From: Macrostomum hystrix
Lineage: Eukaryota > Animalia > Platyhelminthes
NCBI GenBank assembly: GCA_950097015.1
Contig: CATNEN010000038.1
Location: 4,712,001 to 4,776,000, forward strand
Direction of reading: 5' to 3'
DNA: 64,000 nucleotides
Position numbers and translations under genes: made by a program. The number at the start of each line of letters is the position of its first letter. Position 1 is the stretch's first letter. A model generated the notes under the pieces. That model saw nothing but the letters and a program-made list of their open reading frames with translations. It searched no databases and was not told the origin of the DNA. This document shows, piece after piece, positions 12,591 through 25,599 of the stretch.

Positions 12591-13281
12591 GACTGCCAAA
12601 TATTTTTAGTCCAATTATGGCAGACAAAACTCAAGAGGAAACAAAATAATGCATGGCCATATTTATAATAAAAGGAAGGCACAAAACTAGAAACATAATT
12701 TATTGTATACAAAATAATGACAAATTTTAATCAATAGTATTTAATTTAAAGCCTAAAGTTTTCTTACTTGAGGAAATAAATACAGGAATAGAATTGATGA
12801 AGAAGGCAACCGGAGTTCCAAGCTCACTCGCATTTTAAACAGTGTCTTACTTACTCATGTTAAAGTGTCTTACTCATTTCATACATTCCCTATTGAGACA
12901 AAGGCAAGCTGTATTAGAATTAAAGCAAAGGAGTTATTCCAATTGCGTGATTGACTGGAGGGCTGGAAACTCAAATCAGTATGTATTGTAGAAAATTACA
13001 ATTAAACCAGTGCATTATAACAACTTATTATAAAAGTGTCTTGCCACTTGGACACACAAAATTGCTACCTAGAAATACATATAACAAAGGAGTCTTTCCT
13101 TAGGAAGGCTAGAACTAATGTCGTAACATTAGACACATGGAAGTCATTTATGTATAAATAGTAAATCCATAGTTAAATATAAACCTACTGGGAGTACTCT
13201 AGTGAAATTCGAATAGTGAAGAAAACTTGAATAATTGGAGGCAAACAGCAGAATAGCGATTTGAAGAAAGGGCCCTACGAC

Positions 13282-13880
13282 CCATAGTGTGGATCATGCT
13301 AAGTGCACGCGAGAACCGACCCAAAGCTAATTCCCAAAAGCACGCCGACGACAAGCGAATGCACGCCGATGCACGCCGATGCACGCCTACTAGGACAAAT
13401 GTATTTGTCAAAATCCTTAATGTCAAGACGAACGATTGCGAAAAAATATGATTGATGGTTAATTAATACGATATATACAATACGATAGACAAAAAACGCA
13501 TTTTAAATTGCATTGCGTAAAACAAAGCAACAAACGATGTACAAAAACAATTATATATCTTTAAAAAAAGTGTATTTATCATAAATTTATTTATTTAACA
13601 GTTTAATACACTGTTCAAATACAAGAGTTTTTTTTCAAAAGTTAAATACAATAATACGTATTTTATGTCTGCTTACCAATGCATTGGCAGCATTGCCACA
13701 TCAGTTGCCAGACTGCCAGGCACGCGACACGCGGCGCACGCCGGGCACGCCAGAGTATTTATGTAGTGTGCATTATGCACGCCAAATGCACGCCACTTAC
13801 CTAATCGCACGCCGGTGCACGCCACTTTTGAAAATGCACGCGGGAAAATTCTCGCGTGCACTACATGATCTACACTATGG
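13282..13880. mobile_element. MITE with CCATAG termini and 8-bp TSD (hAT/P-like)
   Basis: TIRs ccatagtgtggatcatg..gtgcacgcgagaa / ttctcgcgtgcac..catgatctacactatgg. TSD cctacgac at 13274-13281 and 13881-13888. Subterminal tgcacgcc repeats. Confidence 0.85.
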
Positions 13881-15112
13881 CCTACGACAGATGTAGCTGC
13901 CTGTATGCTGATACACAAATTTAAATTGCAAGAAAAAATTAAATACATCAAAAAATAAAAACATAGAAAATATTTATAAATTACTAAGTGCCAAAGTACA
14001 AAGCAGCGCAAATTAAAAACTTACAAAGAAAATATTTCCTGCAGTTTCCATCAAATAAATTAACTATTATAACCAAAGTCTAAGGCTTATCTGTAAGACT
14101 GTAAACGATAGACACACTCCTGTAGTTAATTTATAAGTTAGGACACTTAAGTTTTGAAAAGACTTGCAACTGACACTAGAACCAGATTGTGTGAGAGTAC
14201 GGCTGATGCATAGGACGATTTCTTAATCGTTTAAAATATTGATAGTTTATACGAAATATCCAGGTTTACGAAATGAGACTTTCTAGCTTTACAAGAACTA
14301 TGAGCACTTTAACAAAACTACTCTAAATAATGAAGACAAAGACAAGAAATAATTATAATTATGTGCATTCAGATTCTTAATAAACGTTCAAAACAGAATT
14401 CTTAACTTTTAAATATAAAGCAAAGGAAGGAATAAAATTATTACTATAAAATTTACGCTCTTCATGGATGAAATAAAACAGAAGAAATTCATTGTTCCGC
14501 AAAAGTTTTTTAATTTTGGCGTTCTTATTACTACTTTCACAATGGCTTTTTGTGCAGAAAATTGCCTAACCCATGACTTTTTACTAAAAATTCTAACACT
14601 GCTACTAGTGGCTGTCGTCAATTTCGTCTTTAAGATCTCCATGCCCGCAAGCCTATCGTCCAGCGGGCTTGGACATCCCTTGATTACTATGGCATGTAAT
14701 ACATATAATCAAATCCATAACAGCTAATGCTGCTAAAAACAATTGTAAATGGCAATCCTGAGCGAATATTTTTATAAAGAGGAAGCTACATCCTCATGAA
14801 AAGTTCGGTATTCTAAAATTTCAAACTTTTCGCATAGTTCAGAAAAATGATCTAATATATTTGCTGCTGTTATACGTTTGATTCCTTCTAGACTTATTAA
14901 TTGCAGTATGATTAACTGTAATAAAGAATAGAATTGTACTTTCGTGAAAAAAGGACACTTGTGAACAACTATTGCAATTGTTTTTTTTAATCCAACTCCA
15001 ACATCCAGCAATGTCCAAGAACACGATTATATTGTCAGCTTTTACAAGCCTTACTCATGGCAATGAGCACGGACAGATTTATTTATTAAGTCAGAATTTC
15101 ATAGATTAAAAT

Positions 15113-16240
15113 TCACTTTTTGTGAGCCTCGGAGTACACCTGGTAGGCGATGCGGTCCAGGTCGCGCCGACCCTGCTGGGTGAGTTGGCGACCGCCAGAC
15201 TCGTCCTTGGCCACCAGGCCCATAGACTCCAGGCCCTGCAGGCTCTTGCGCAGAGGGCCGCGATAGCAGCGCGAGGAATGATTGGGACGGTGACCACGGC
15301 GCTTCACCTTGCCGTAGACCTGGTTAGCAGGTGGAGAGATAGATAGCGATAATAAATTAGTAAGTTATCGGTTGAAAAAAAATAGTTTATTGAACATAAT
15401 TCTTGCTAGATTCGAATCTAACATATGGATATATGCTACTTGGGTTTCTAATCCACCATAACGAATGGCTCTTTAAGCCAGCCGCCGCGGAATCGAGCTA
15501 AGATCAATTGGTCCCTGAGCTCGACTCCGCGGCGAGGCCACATTAAATTTGGTCGCAGCTGCGGAGAGAAGGCTTGGGGGCTTGTCGTGTGCTGACGATG
15601 CACACACCTGTGTGTGTGCTTGCGCACAGTGTCTGTGTGCGCGTGTGTTTAGGAGTCAGTGAAATGGGCAGAATTCCTCGCTGGCTGCAGTCACCAAATG
15701 ATTTGACATTGCCTGCAGTTCTCCTTCAATCAATATTATCATTACACCACTAGCAGGCCTGCGAGTCAGACACAGTCTCGAAAACCTTCAAAATGTGGCT
15801 CTGAGGCCTTTTAAGCACCTACTTGCTTATGGCAAAGGTATAAAATCAACTTTAGCGCCTCAGCCATCTAAAACCCCCCATGAGCCGACCAAAAATCTGC
15901 CACCATAGCCACCTCAGCCAGTCAACAAAAATGGACATTTTAGCCAACCGTGTTAGAAACAATTTTAAAGGCTCACCTTGGTAAGCGCGCCCACTCCAAC
16001 AGGAGCGCGGACGTACAGATGGCGCAGGAGGGAGGCGGAGCGCACATAGAACCAATCAGAATCGGCCGGTGCCAGTTCATTGGCGGCGGACAGTTTGACA
16101 ACGTCGGCCCACTCTGGCACTGGAAGCTTGCCGGTCTTCTTCAAAAAGGCGGCAACAGCACGGACAAGCCTTTGCTGGCTGACATCTTTAACGCCGATGA
16201 ATGTATGGGCGGTTTTGCCGCTGGCTGCTTGCTGGGCCAT
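15113..16240 (-). CDS. RPS19: 40S ribosomal protein S19 (eS19); exons 16240-15977 and 15319-15113
   Basis: [49 protein letters not shown], then [12 protein letters not shown]. Intron is AAG|gtgag...aaccag|GTC. AATAAA lies downstream at ~15085. Confidence 0.95.
15510..15725 (+). mobile_element. SINE family B partial copy in RPS19 intron
   Basis: Homologous to 30220-30490. Confidence 0.7.
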
Positions 16241-16542
16241 CTGGAAATTTCATTGCCAATTGCCATTGTTCAACTTATAAGCAAACCAGCAAGAAGTGAA
16301 ACTTTTGGTGAACAGAATATGCACTCAACTGATGCTGAACATGTCAGCAGCTTGTGCTGCTCTATCAGGAATGCCATGTGACACAGACAATATCTCTACA
16401 GCAAAATTTTTCCAAGCAATCTCAAACTTTTGTTTTAAGGTAGTCACAATAGTCAGTCAGCCAATAATTCTTAAGTATATAATTTGATTATTAATATATA
16501 GCCTTTAAAACCATGATACAAATGTGAAATGACTAGGCCATG

Positions 16543-16815
16543 CATACATGTGCAACACCCGGCTGACCCGGCCAAACCGGCCGGGTGAAACGAGGGCCAA
16601 GCAAGGTAAGTCGCAAAAACCAAGCGCAAAAAAATCAAAGGGGGGACTAAGGGACAAAAAAGGAAGGCGTGAAGAAAAGGAAAAAGGGGAGAGAAAAAGA
16701 GAGCAAATGAGAGCAAACTAAGTCATAAATAGAGCAATGAAACGAACTAAGTCGCAAATGAGAGCAAAAACTAAGTCGCACGGCCGGCTAAGATTTGGGA
16801 GGTTGCACATGTATG
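16543..16815. mobile_element. hAT-like MITE, 273 bp
   Basis: 14-bp TIR catacatgtgcaac / gttgcacatgtatg. 8-bp TSD aggccatg at 16535-16542 and 16816-16823. Internal aactaagtcgca repeats. Confidence 0.9.
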
Positions 16816-17370
16816 AGGCCATGTATTTGAAACACTTTCTTGTGGGTGTGAAAATGTCATTCAATGCCTACTCAATTGATGATACACTGGTCCTATTTAA
16901 ATAAATTAGTTTGATTTTAACCTACTATACTGTTTAGGCCATTTATATTAAAGGGCTCAACTAGCATGGGTCAGTGGCAGAATAGTTTATACAATTGGAT
17001 CTTGCATAGTGTTGTGTGTTACTTGTTACTAGTTACCAATTAAGTAAAAAAATTTATCTTTTTGCAATGTTTATTTTTCTTATTACTATGAGTTGGTAAT
17101 AAAAATGATCATCACAAGTTGTTACCAACAGCATTCAATTTCCAATAACATGTTTTTGTTATCAGTTTCTAAAAGAATAATAAGAAATTAGCAGCCCTGA
17201 CATAATGGATTCTTTCATTTGACTCATAAAAATGTTTAAATTGTCTATTTTAACTTTTTAATTACTAGTATAAAAGATAGTCAAATTTATATAATTAGCA
17301 ACTACATCTTTTATTTCTTTGTTCAAATTGTTACTTACCAAAGGTCAGTAATCTCAACTGAGCCAGCCAT

Positions 17371-18236
17371 CTAAGCCACATTTAAAAAGGGTGAGTGTGG
17401 AGCCAGCTGTTTGGTGGAATGAACTACATCAAGCCTAGGAACATTGTTGTGAGCACGAGCACCATCATACACCAAAGTCCATGGACTCCAGGGTTTGTCC
17501 ACTAGCTCAACTAACTCAGACAAAAATGCTACAAAATGGCAGCTTGTGAATCTGCCATCCACTAGCACATGTGTACCAGACCCCATTGGAGTGAAACCGC
17601 CAGACAAATTGTCAGGTTTCTCCCTTGTTGTCCACTTGTAATCATAATGGCTTGTTTGCCTCTGGGTGTGTGAGCCCGATTCCTTGCTGTCCATAAATTC
17701 ACTCAACACTTGTCCATGAACACAAGATTCCCTCCCATATCATCATTCAACATCCAACTTGCAAACTGCCACCGAGCCTCCTTCACCACATCTGTGTTCT
17801 AGTTTGCAGTAATCTGACGACTGGCCTATAAAGTGATAAGCTAGCAGTCAAGCATCCAACTGAGTGTTGAAAGACTTGGTGCCTATTGGCCAGGATTCTA
17901 AGCCTGTAGGTGGTCTCTCATGCTGGCAAGGGTGACATTGGGGGTTTCTTTAATCAAAAGCTTTGTAGGCCTACTCTCAATCAGATCTTCAGTAAGCAGC
18001 TTTGGTCATCTGCCTCCTCAGGGTAGGCCTAGTCTCTCAACAAGTCCCTCTAGAGCATATCGTTTGATAGGCCTAATGCCCCTTGCCATACACTTATTGA
18101 TTTCCAAGGTTTTAGCCAGCCGAATCCAATCTCTGCCTTCATCATATAATTGTGTCACGTGCAATCTATCTATCATCAATACTGGCTTGTATGGTCCTCT
18201 CAGCATTTTGAAAAATGGATAGAAAAGGACTGCCAA
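17371..18236 (-). pseudogene. Degenerate Tc1/IS630-like transposase
   Basis: HTH-like DRLHVTQLYDEGRDWIRLAKTLEI and catalytic-region fragments LVYDGARAH..LAPHSPFLN. Broken by stops and frameshifts. Same type as 22186-23179. Confidence 0.65.
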
Positions 18237-18884
18237 ATTTAAATTGAGCTGCTATTTTAGCAACATATAGACAGGTCACCAGTGTGAATTCAAATGCAAT
18301 TTTGGTGAATTCAATCTTGACTTTTAGCTTGATGTCTATGGGCTTACTATTTTTAGACCACATTGGCTTCTATGGGAATAGTTTTGCAGTTTCTGCAATT
18401 TAAATTGCAAAAAGGTATATTAGCTTTTAGCTCTAAATTTTTTTATCAAATAAGGCCTAGGTCTAAACATAGTTGGGTAACCAAAGTGGAATGAATGAAC
18501 AATTGTTAGCATAGCCTTGATTCATTTGTATTTTGCACAATAAAATGTGAAATTTTAGGTCTGTAAAGTGTAGGGCCTAAGGCCTAATAATCTAATATAC
18601 AACTGTAGGTGTGGACCAAATTGCATATAGGCCTAGCCATAGACTGCATGTGTATTTGACACTGACAGGTCTATTTGTTTAAAAAGAAGCCAATTTTGGA
18701 AGAAAAAAATTAAATAATGCTTAATTGGCAATTGCAGTAAAATGCAGCACTGGTTAGGCCCTAAGACCCATTATACCTAACAGTGTCTCATCAAAACCGA
18801 ACATAAAATCATTATTCTGAAATTCGTCCACTACTTTGCATCTGGGGTTCTGGGCGAAGTGCTGGTGGCCTTGGCTGGTAGTTC

Positions 18885-21194
18885 GGGTGCTGGTCATTTC
18901 GTCAACTGCCAGTTCGTCAACTTGGTTGACGAATTGACCAACAGTTTAAGGTGGTCTCACTTGCAGTTGACGAAATGACCAAGGTTTTAGATTGCTTTAT
19001 CAGTCAGTTGACGAAATGACCTGAGAATGTTAGTTACTTCGTCAACTGGCTAGCTACAGTTTGCAAATGTCATAACATGTACATAACATTACCTTTGTTA
19101 TCATTACTTATTATCCGGAACGTTCTCAATCCATCTTCGCCACCCCATCCCTAAACTGACAACGTGCCCTGTCTCTGTAACTTGAACCAGGGCCCCTCGC
19201 GCTGACACCTGTTCTCTTAAGCTGACAACGTGCACCCTGTCTCTTTTACTTAAACCAGCGCCCCTCGCGTTGACACATGTTCTCTCAATCTATCTTCGCA
19301 CCCACCCCCAAACTGACAACGTGCCCTGTCTCTGTAACTTGAACCAGAGCCCTCGCGCTGACACCTGTTCTCTTAAGCTGACAACGTGCACCCTGTCTCT
19401 TTTACTTAAACCAGCGCCCCTCGGGTTGACACATGTTCTCTCAATCTCTCAATGCGAATTAGCACCTTGTCTAATCCTCAACTATCATGTCTCAACATGA
19501 TACGAAATACTTTAAACCTGACAATGCAACCTCCTCAAACACTATATAATGGAGTAGGGTTTCAGGAGGGCCACTCAATTTTTTACGTCTTGGTAATGGA
19601 CACTGATAAGTGTATTCAGTGCTCAGAGACTGTGCGGCCACGTCAACAGGCCATACAGTGCGATTCGTGCCAAAAGTGGCAACATCGAACTTGTGGGACT
19701 AGAATCTCACAAGCAGAGTACAGGCAGCTTATGCGGCAGGACGTGTTCGCATGGTCGTGTGCCACTTGTCAGGCAAGACCAGCGGCGGAGCCAGCGGCGG
19801 AGCCAGCGACGGAGCCAGCGGCGGAGCCAGCGGCGGAGCCAGCGACGGAGCCAGCGGCGGAGCCAGCGGCAGATCTAGCGGCGGAGCCAGCGGCGGATCT
19901 AGCGGCGGAGCCAGCGGCGGATCTAGCGGCGGAGCCAGCGGCGGATCTAGCGGCGGAGCCAGCGATGGAGCCAGGGGCGGAGCCAGCGGCGGAGGCAGAA
20001 GACGCAGCAGGTCTACTGGCCGAAATGTATGCTGCCGAAGCAGGTGAGACATTCTATATTTAATAATTAAATAATTTTAAATAAATATTATAGACATTAT
20101 GGTTAGTACCTTGGGAATTGCTCTTAAATAATTAAAGCAAGGCATCGCGAGTGACAGAAATCCAGATACTTCACACGTTTCTTCCTCACAGGGCCCTTCC
20201 AAGAGCCGGTCCGTCTCACTGAGGTCTCGATGGAAGGTCTGGAGCCTCAGGTGCTCCCAGAAATCGATGAGGCCGGCAATCTAGAGGAATTCGTCATTGT
20301 TCGCAATGGCACCAAGAAGCAAAAGCCGTCACTTATTCAACGCATTGGAGCTCGAGAATATGTATTGGGGCTGAACGTAGAAAAGAATAACATTCGCTAT
20401 TGGCGCTGCACCCAACGCAATTCCAGGTTGAAGTGCCCGGCTTCTGCCATTGAAGACAGTCAGGGCAACATTCGAAGCGGCCAAGCGGCTCACATCTGCG
20501 AAGCACGAGTGCGTGAGGGAATGAAGCGCCGATTGGTCGCCGAGATCAAGGAGGACGCGAAGCGGCACTGCTTCAGATCGGCTGCAGCAATCGTGGAGGC
20601 GAAGTTGCTGGAGACCGGGGACATTGGCCCAGTGGTACCCGGCATCAATCAGCTGGTGCGAATCGCCAATCGGTCTCGTGAGGTTGGGCGCCCGCAGCCT
20701 CCAGTCGACCTCCAGTTTGCACTGGCCTTGGATCATCTGCCTCCGAATTTTCGGAGGCAGGACTAGTACGTACGTAAGTGGATAAGTGTACTGTACATTC
20801 TGCGCATGTCTTCAGCTTTATATTTGATTGTGACCTTTGTGGTGGCCTTCTTTGTGATCTTTGTGATTTTGTGCAATGCATTTTTCCTTTTTTACCATAC
20901 AATTACTGCATCTTTGTGGCAGTAACTCCGCCATTGTCTGGTCCCAAGCCCAGAATGAGAAAGGAGGAGGGCTGCATTGAATAAACATGCAACGGGAAAA
21001 AAGTTTCATGCGGGGCGTGTATTATTGGCAGTTGACGAAGTGACAAAAAGTTGACATCGTCCCATTGAACAGTTGACGAAATAACCAAGCTTTGAAAGTA
21101 TCCTATTGGTTGGTTGACGAAACGACCAATACGGGGAACGGGTTGACGATGTGTCCAGTTGACGAAATGGCAGTTGACGAAATGACTAGGATCC
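18885..21194 (+). mobile_element. Non-autonomous Mutator-like (MULE) element carrying PHD-finger and FLYWCH exons
   Basis: TIRs gggtgctggtcatttcgtcaactgcca / tggcagttgacgaaatgactaggatcc. 8-bp TSD ggtagttc at 18877-18884 and 21195-21202. gttgacgaa subterminal repeats. No DDE core seen. Confidence 0.85.
19597..20766 (+). CDS. MULE transposase N-terminal part: PHD finger + (AAEP)n + FLYWCH; exons 19597-20043 and 20191-~20766; truncated
   Basis: CIQC..AIQCDSCQKWQHRTC..WSCATC (PHD) and RYWRC..KCPASA..HIC (FLYWCH). Intron is gcag|gtgag...cacag|. Confidence 0.7.
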
Positions 21195-21463
21195 GGTAGT
21201 TCTTGGCGACACTAGGGCCTAACATAATTTTGAAAACAATAGGCTTACTTCGTTCCTTTGCCTACAAAGAAAAATAGGCCTATGTCAGATTGTTAGATTT
21301 AATTAATTTAAAAGCAAAGATAGGAACAAAAAACAAAAAAGCTGATATATATTTTATTTATTTATTTTTTAAGTTATAAAATTTAGAAGTAAGGTATTTA
21401 GCAAGTTATTTATTCATTCTACACAAAAAATCAGAAGGCCTAGCTATAGGCTAGGGCCTAATT

Positions 21464-24400
21464 AGTGTAAATTTACTTTCGTTCGCGAAATTATTTTTTT
21501 TATTTAAAATGGCGCCAAACGCACGGAAACGACGTGGCCTGGAATTTTCCATAGAAGTCTATGGCCATAACCCGCTTGGCAGCATCTGAAGAGCAGAAAG
21601 AATCGCAGCAACATTTCTAACCTTCACTACAACCTACCTTCACTTCACACCTTTTTTCATTCTATTTTGGCAATCGTGCAATCAAAGTCAAAATCTTTTC
21701 ATTCAATTCAGACAGTTTATGCTAGTTCTTGGCCGGACGTGCATTCAATTCCGACAAATGTTCTTTCAAAAGCGACAATTTTCAAACAAAGCAATTAAAC
21801 AAGCTACCACGAGAAACCGACACTTTGCAATCAATTCAAACAATTTGCAATCAATTCCGACAGTTGGCTATGAATTGGCTTTTTCTGTCCTCCTATCTAT
21901 GGCTCATACTGCGAAATTTCCAATCAATTCCGACAAATTTCAATCTATTTAGACAAGCCATTGGAGTACATACTTCATCTACTGTACATTTACAGTATAC
22001 TTCAAAATGCAACAGGACAACTAAAACTGAAACAGGCAGCAGAGTTCATGAGGTTCATAAAGATTCAGCAGTCAGATTTTAGCCATCAATCGGCACTTCC
22101 GCAATGCAGCGCGGTACATAAGTCAGACAATGGTTGTACCAAGCCGTGTAGTTGGCTCCGGTGACGACGTTTACAGTACTATTCGTTACTCCCTCAAGCA
22201 TATCATGCCGATATATGCTGCTTTGGCTCGTCCAGCTAGAGTTTGCTGGTCGGGGTTCAGAAAGACGTCGATGTTTGTGGCTAGCTCGACTTTAATCGCA
22301 GCCTTCCAAGCCGATATCGCATTCTCGACGGGTGTCAGAAATGGGCTATAGGGAGGCAGACGTCGCATCTCGATAACTCCAGGAAGTTCCTGATCTTCTC
22401 CATCGTTAGACTACTTACGTTGTCATAAATAACAAAGGCTGGCTGGTTGAATGCTTCTTGTATGTTGCCGACCAAGATGAATTAAGAAATTCCGCGAATC
22501 TTTCTTTTGTCATGCCGGTTGGGTACGTCTGGAAGTGCAGTACTCCGATACCAGGTGAAACTGCACAACAGACCGTCAGTCGTGGGCCCTTCGATCCTGC
22601 AACACGCCGATATGCTCTCTGACCCTGTTGAGCACGGCCCTGCGACCTCCGTGTCCAGCAGTCGAACCCAAATTCGTCGACGTAAACTTTCGGGCGGTTT
22701 ACAACTTCAGCTGAACACCAACATACGCAATTAATAGGCACGATGCAGTTGCAAATTAGCTGGTGAGTTTCGCTCTACTGGCTGGTCTCTTAGCAACTTA
22801 GTGGTGTAGAGCATTCCGTCTAGATGACGACTGACTGTAGAAATTGCTACTTCGGGTTTTTCAGGAAAGCGAGCATGAAGACCAGTCTTCAGTTCGGCTA
22901 GAGTAACACTGGGGTTAACTTGAATCGACTCTTCAAGAAAATCCAACATCTCTTGATCCACTCTCACATGCTTGGGACCTCCTTTTGGCATTTTAGCTGG
23001 CCTTCCGCAAACGTATACGCCGTTGTTCGCTTTATGCCCATTGCTCGAGCAAGATGCACAAATTCGTCTCCGTTTGCGTGTGCGTCGATGAGCCTCTGCC
23101 GATCGTTGTCACTCACTTTTGCATTCGGCATACGAGCGTATTCTTGAGGTCTTCTTCTGTACAATGCAAATCGATTCAAAAAGCTATTCTGTCAAATGAA
23201 ATGGTACCCAGACTTAAATTTCATTTTTTTCTCTTCATGATGTGTCTATGGCATTGAGTCATGGCCCCATCTAACCTCAATAGTTGGAAAAACGTTTGTT
23301 TCTGTTCGTTGCAAAAGTACGGAAGTATATGTGCAAGGCTAAATCTATGGGTGTTCCGAATCTCCAAGTTTCTCTCCATAATGTGTCTATGGCATTTAGC
23401 CCTGGCCTCACCCAAAGTAAAAAGTAGCTTGTCTAAATAGATTGAAATTTGTCGGAATTGATTGGAAATTTCGCAGTATGAGCCATAGATAGGAGGACAG
23501 AAAAAGCCAATTCATAGCCAACTGTCGGAATTGATTGCAAATTGTTTGAATTGATTGCAAAGTGTCGGTTTCTCGTGGTAGCTTGTTTAATTGCTTTGTT
23601 TGAAAATTGTCGCTTTTGAAAGCACATTTGTCGGAATTGAATGCACGTCCGGCCAAGAACTAGCATAAACTGTCTGAATTGAATGAAAAGAATTTGACTT
23701 TGATTGCACGATTGCCAAAAAAGAATGGAAAAAGGTGTAGTGACTTCAATCAGACAATATTTCCAAGCTTCCAACTAAGAATGGCTGGACGGCCACCTAG
23801 ACCTTCATGGAAATTGTGCCTATTGTGAGAGATAAAATTCAGTCTACTGACAACAGTAGAAAAGCAAAGACTTGGCTGCAAAACTCTCTCAGCACAAAAA
23901 ATATCGCCATAAAAATAGCAAGCTTAAAAGAGACTTCTGTGCACACTGAGAGTGGTGGGAGAGGACTGCATGTGGCTATGGCTGACTGACGAAGGCAAAC
24001 AAGCCAGAAACCGGTCTCGGTCTGCCAGCGCGAGGTTCGTTCCCCACGAAGGTGTTACACCTCCCAACGAAGTTCTGCCGGCTCAAGCACTGACAGAGCT
24101 CAACCTCAACTCAAGGGACCTAATGTCAGTAACGTCAAATGTGGATGAGACCATGCGTTGGCTTGCGCGGCATGGACTGCTCAGCAATCAGCGGACATGC
24201 CCATGTGCTGCGCGTACGCCAATGAATCTGCAGCTAGCACCGGGGCGGCGAACGGTACATTGACGACCATCGAGGGCACATGGGGCAACTGCAAAGCGAA
24301 GTTTCATGCCATGCATGTGACCAGTGATGCCCTCTTCGAGTCGCACATCCAAGAGTACATGTGGCGCCGCCTTCACTCGGGACCGTCCAAGGCATTCGTA

Positions 24401-24610
24401 GCATTTTGTACTGGATTCGTCACTATACTACCCTGTATAACAGCCAAGTAAACTAAACTAAACTGAATTGAACTGAACTTAATTGTTACGACTACTATAA
24501 ACTGAATTGTTTCTGCACTGCACTGTTTGCCCGCTGTTTTTTCTGTTTCTGTGCATTTGACGTAATTTGAATTAAAAAAATAATTTCGCTAACGGGAGTA
24601 AATTTACGCC
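21464..24610 (+). mobile_element. Internally deleted Merlin (IS1595/ISXO2-like) DNA transposon hosting a nested Tc1-like element
   Basis: ~70-bp imperfect TIRs (gtaaatttact..cgtt.gcgaaattatttttt..caaa.gcac.gaaac) at 21464-21530 and 24545-24610. Remnants MRWLARHGLLSNQRTCPC and TIEGTWGNCKAK..FESHIQEYMWRR are typical Merlin motifs. No clean TSD. Confidence 0.7.
21648..23737 (-). mobile_element. Tc1/IS630-like transposon with ~310-bp TIRs and frameshifted transposase (23179-22186)
   Basis: Near-identical inverted repeats at 21648-21958 and 23427-23737, with TA after the right end. Motifs VYVDEFGF, LTVCCAVS and LPPYSPFLTPVENA are split across frames. Confidence 0.9.
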
Positions 24611-24849
24611 GGTAATTTTATGTCTGCTTGATTGCTATTGTGCTTCATGATAGATAAACGGAAATAAAATGCATATCAAAATTCATTAATGAATTGAAGT
24701 TTCCTATTTTTTAGCAAAATATACTAAAAGAACAGAATTTGATCTGTGTCCAATAAAAATTTATAAACATTTTAATGTGAACGTGAAAGTTCGCTAGTGA
24801 CGTATTTTTCGTAAATCTACCATAATTTTTTTCCAAGAAACGAAGTGTC

Positions 24850-25460
24850 GGCCGTCCTTCTTCTTCTAGTCCTTATTTTTTTCACTGCCTTCCCCCTGAT
24901 CCCACCTGCTGGACCCTTCGGATTAGCATTTGCTTCAGTTAATCCGTGAGGTTCCACCGACGCCGCATCGGATGAGGCTCCATCCCGGCCAGTAGTGGCT
25001 GCTCCCCTGCGAGGTAGCTAGGACACCGTGGTGGTGGCCGACCAGTAGCTGAACCAGCCGTCAACATAAAAACCTGAATCTAGCCGCCGCTCTCCCAACT
25101 CCCACCAGACTCCACAGGACAAGCCTGGCCAAACCGACCAACGCCCGGACTCGATCGCCACCATTGTGTGGCTGCTTTCGCCCAGTTTTTTTCTCAACCA
25201 GCTGCCGACCTTCTGCTGCCCACTGACGTTCGCGGCCCTCCGGAATCAATGCCCTGGCCTTACTTCTCTCTGCCACCACTCACCAAAGCCGCGTTGCCCT
25301 GGTGCCCCAAAATCCTCTTCGCATCAACTGCACCTCAGACTCAGTGATCTATGGCATATCCTGCTCCCACTGTAGCCCCGACGTCATCATAGGTTGGACA
25401 GCTAGATGTCCACCCCAATCCGCACCCGACTTCTCAACCACCTCGATCAGACACTGATCC
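24850..25460 (-). mobile_element. Possible degenerate non-LTR retroelement 3' fragment (RLE-type)
   Basis: GC-rich island. Translation fragments EVQLMRRGFWG..SKARAL..AAE loosely resemble the C-terminus of restriction-like endonucleases. Confidence 0.3.
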
Positions 25461-25599
25461 TCTTCACGAAAATCGGTTCTAGAACCAGAATAAATTCGAG
25501 TTCTGGAACTTCGAATAAAAATTAAGAAAAAGAACGAAATATTTATTTTGTTATAGCATAAACTAATAATCATCATGCAGTCATTTACGAGAAATAAAT

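Noticed and set aside
12767-12832. Candidate first coding exon of SYF1 (MRVSLELRLP...Q|gtaag)
   Set aside because: It is phase-compatible but shows no similarity to SYF1 N-termini, and aaaATG at 12125 is an equally good start. Unresolved without transcripts.
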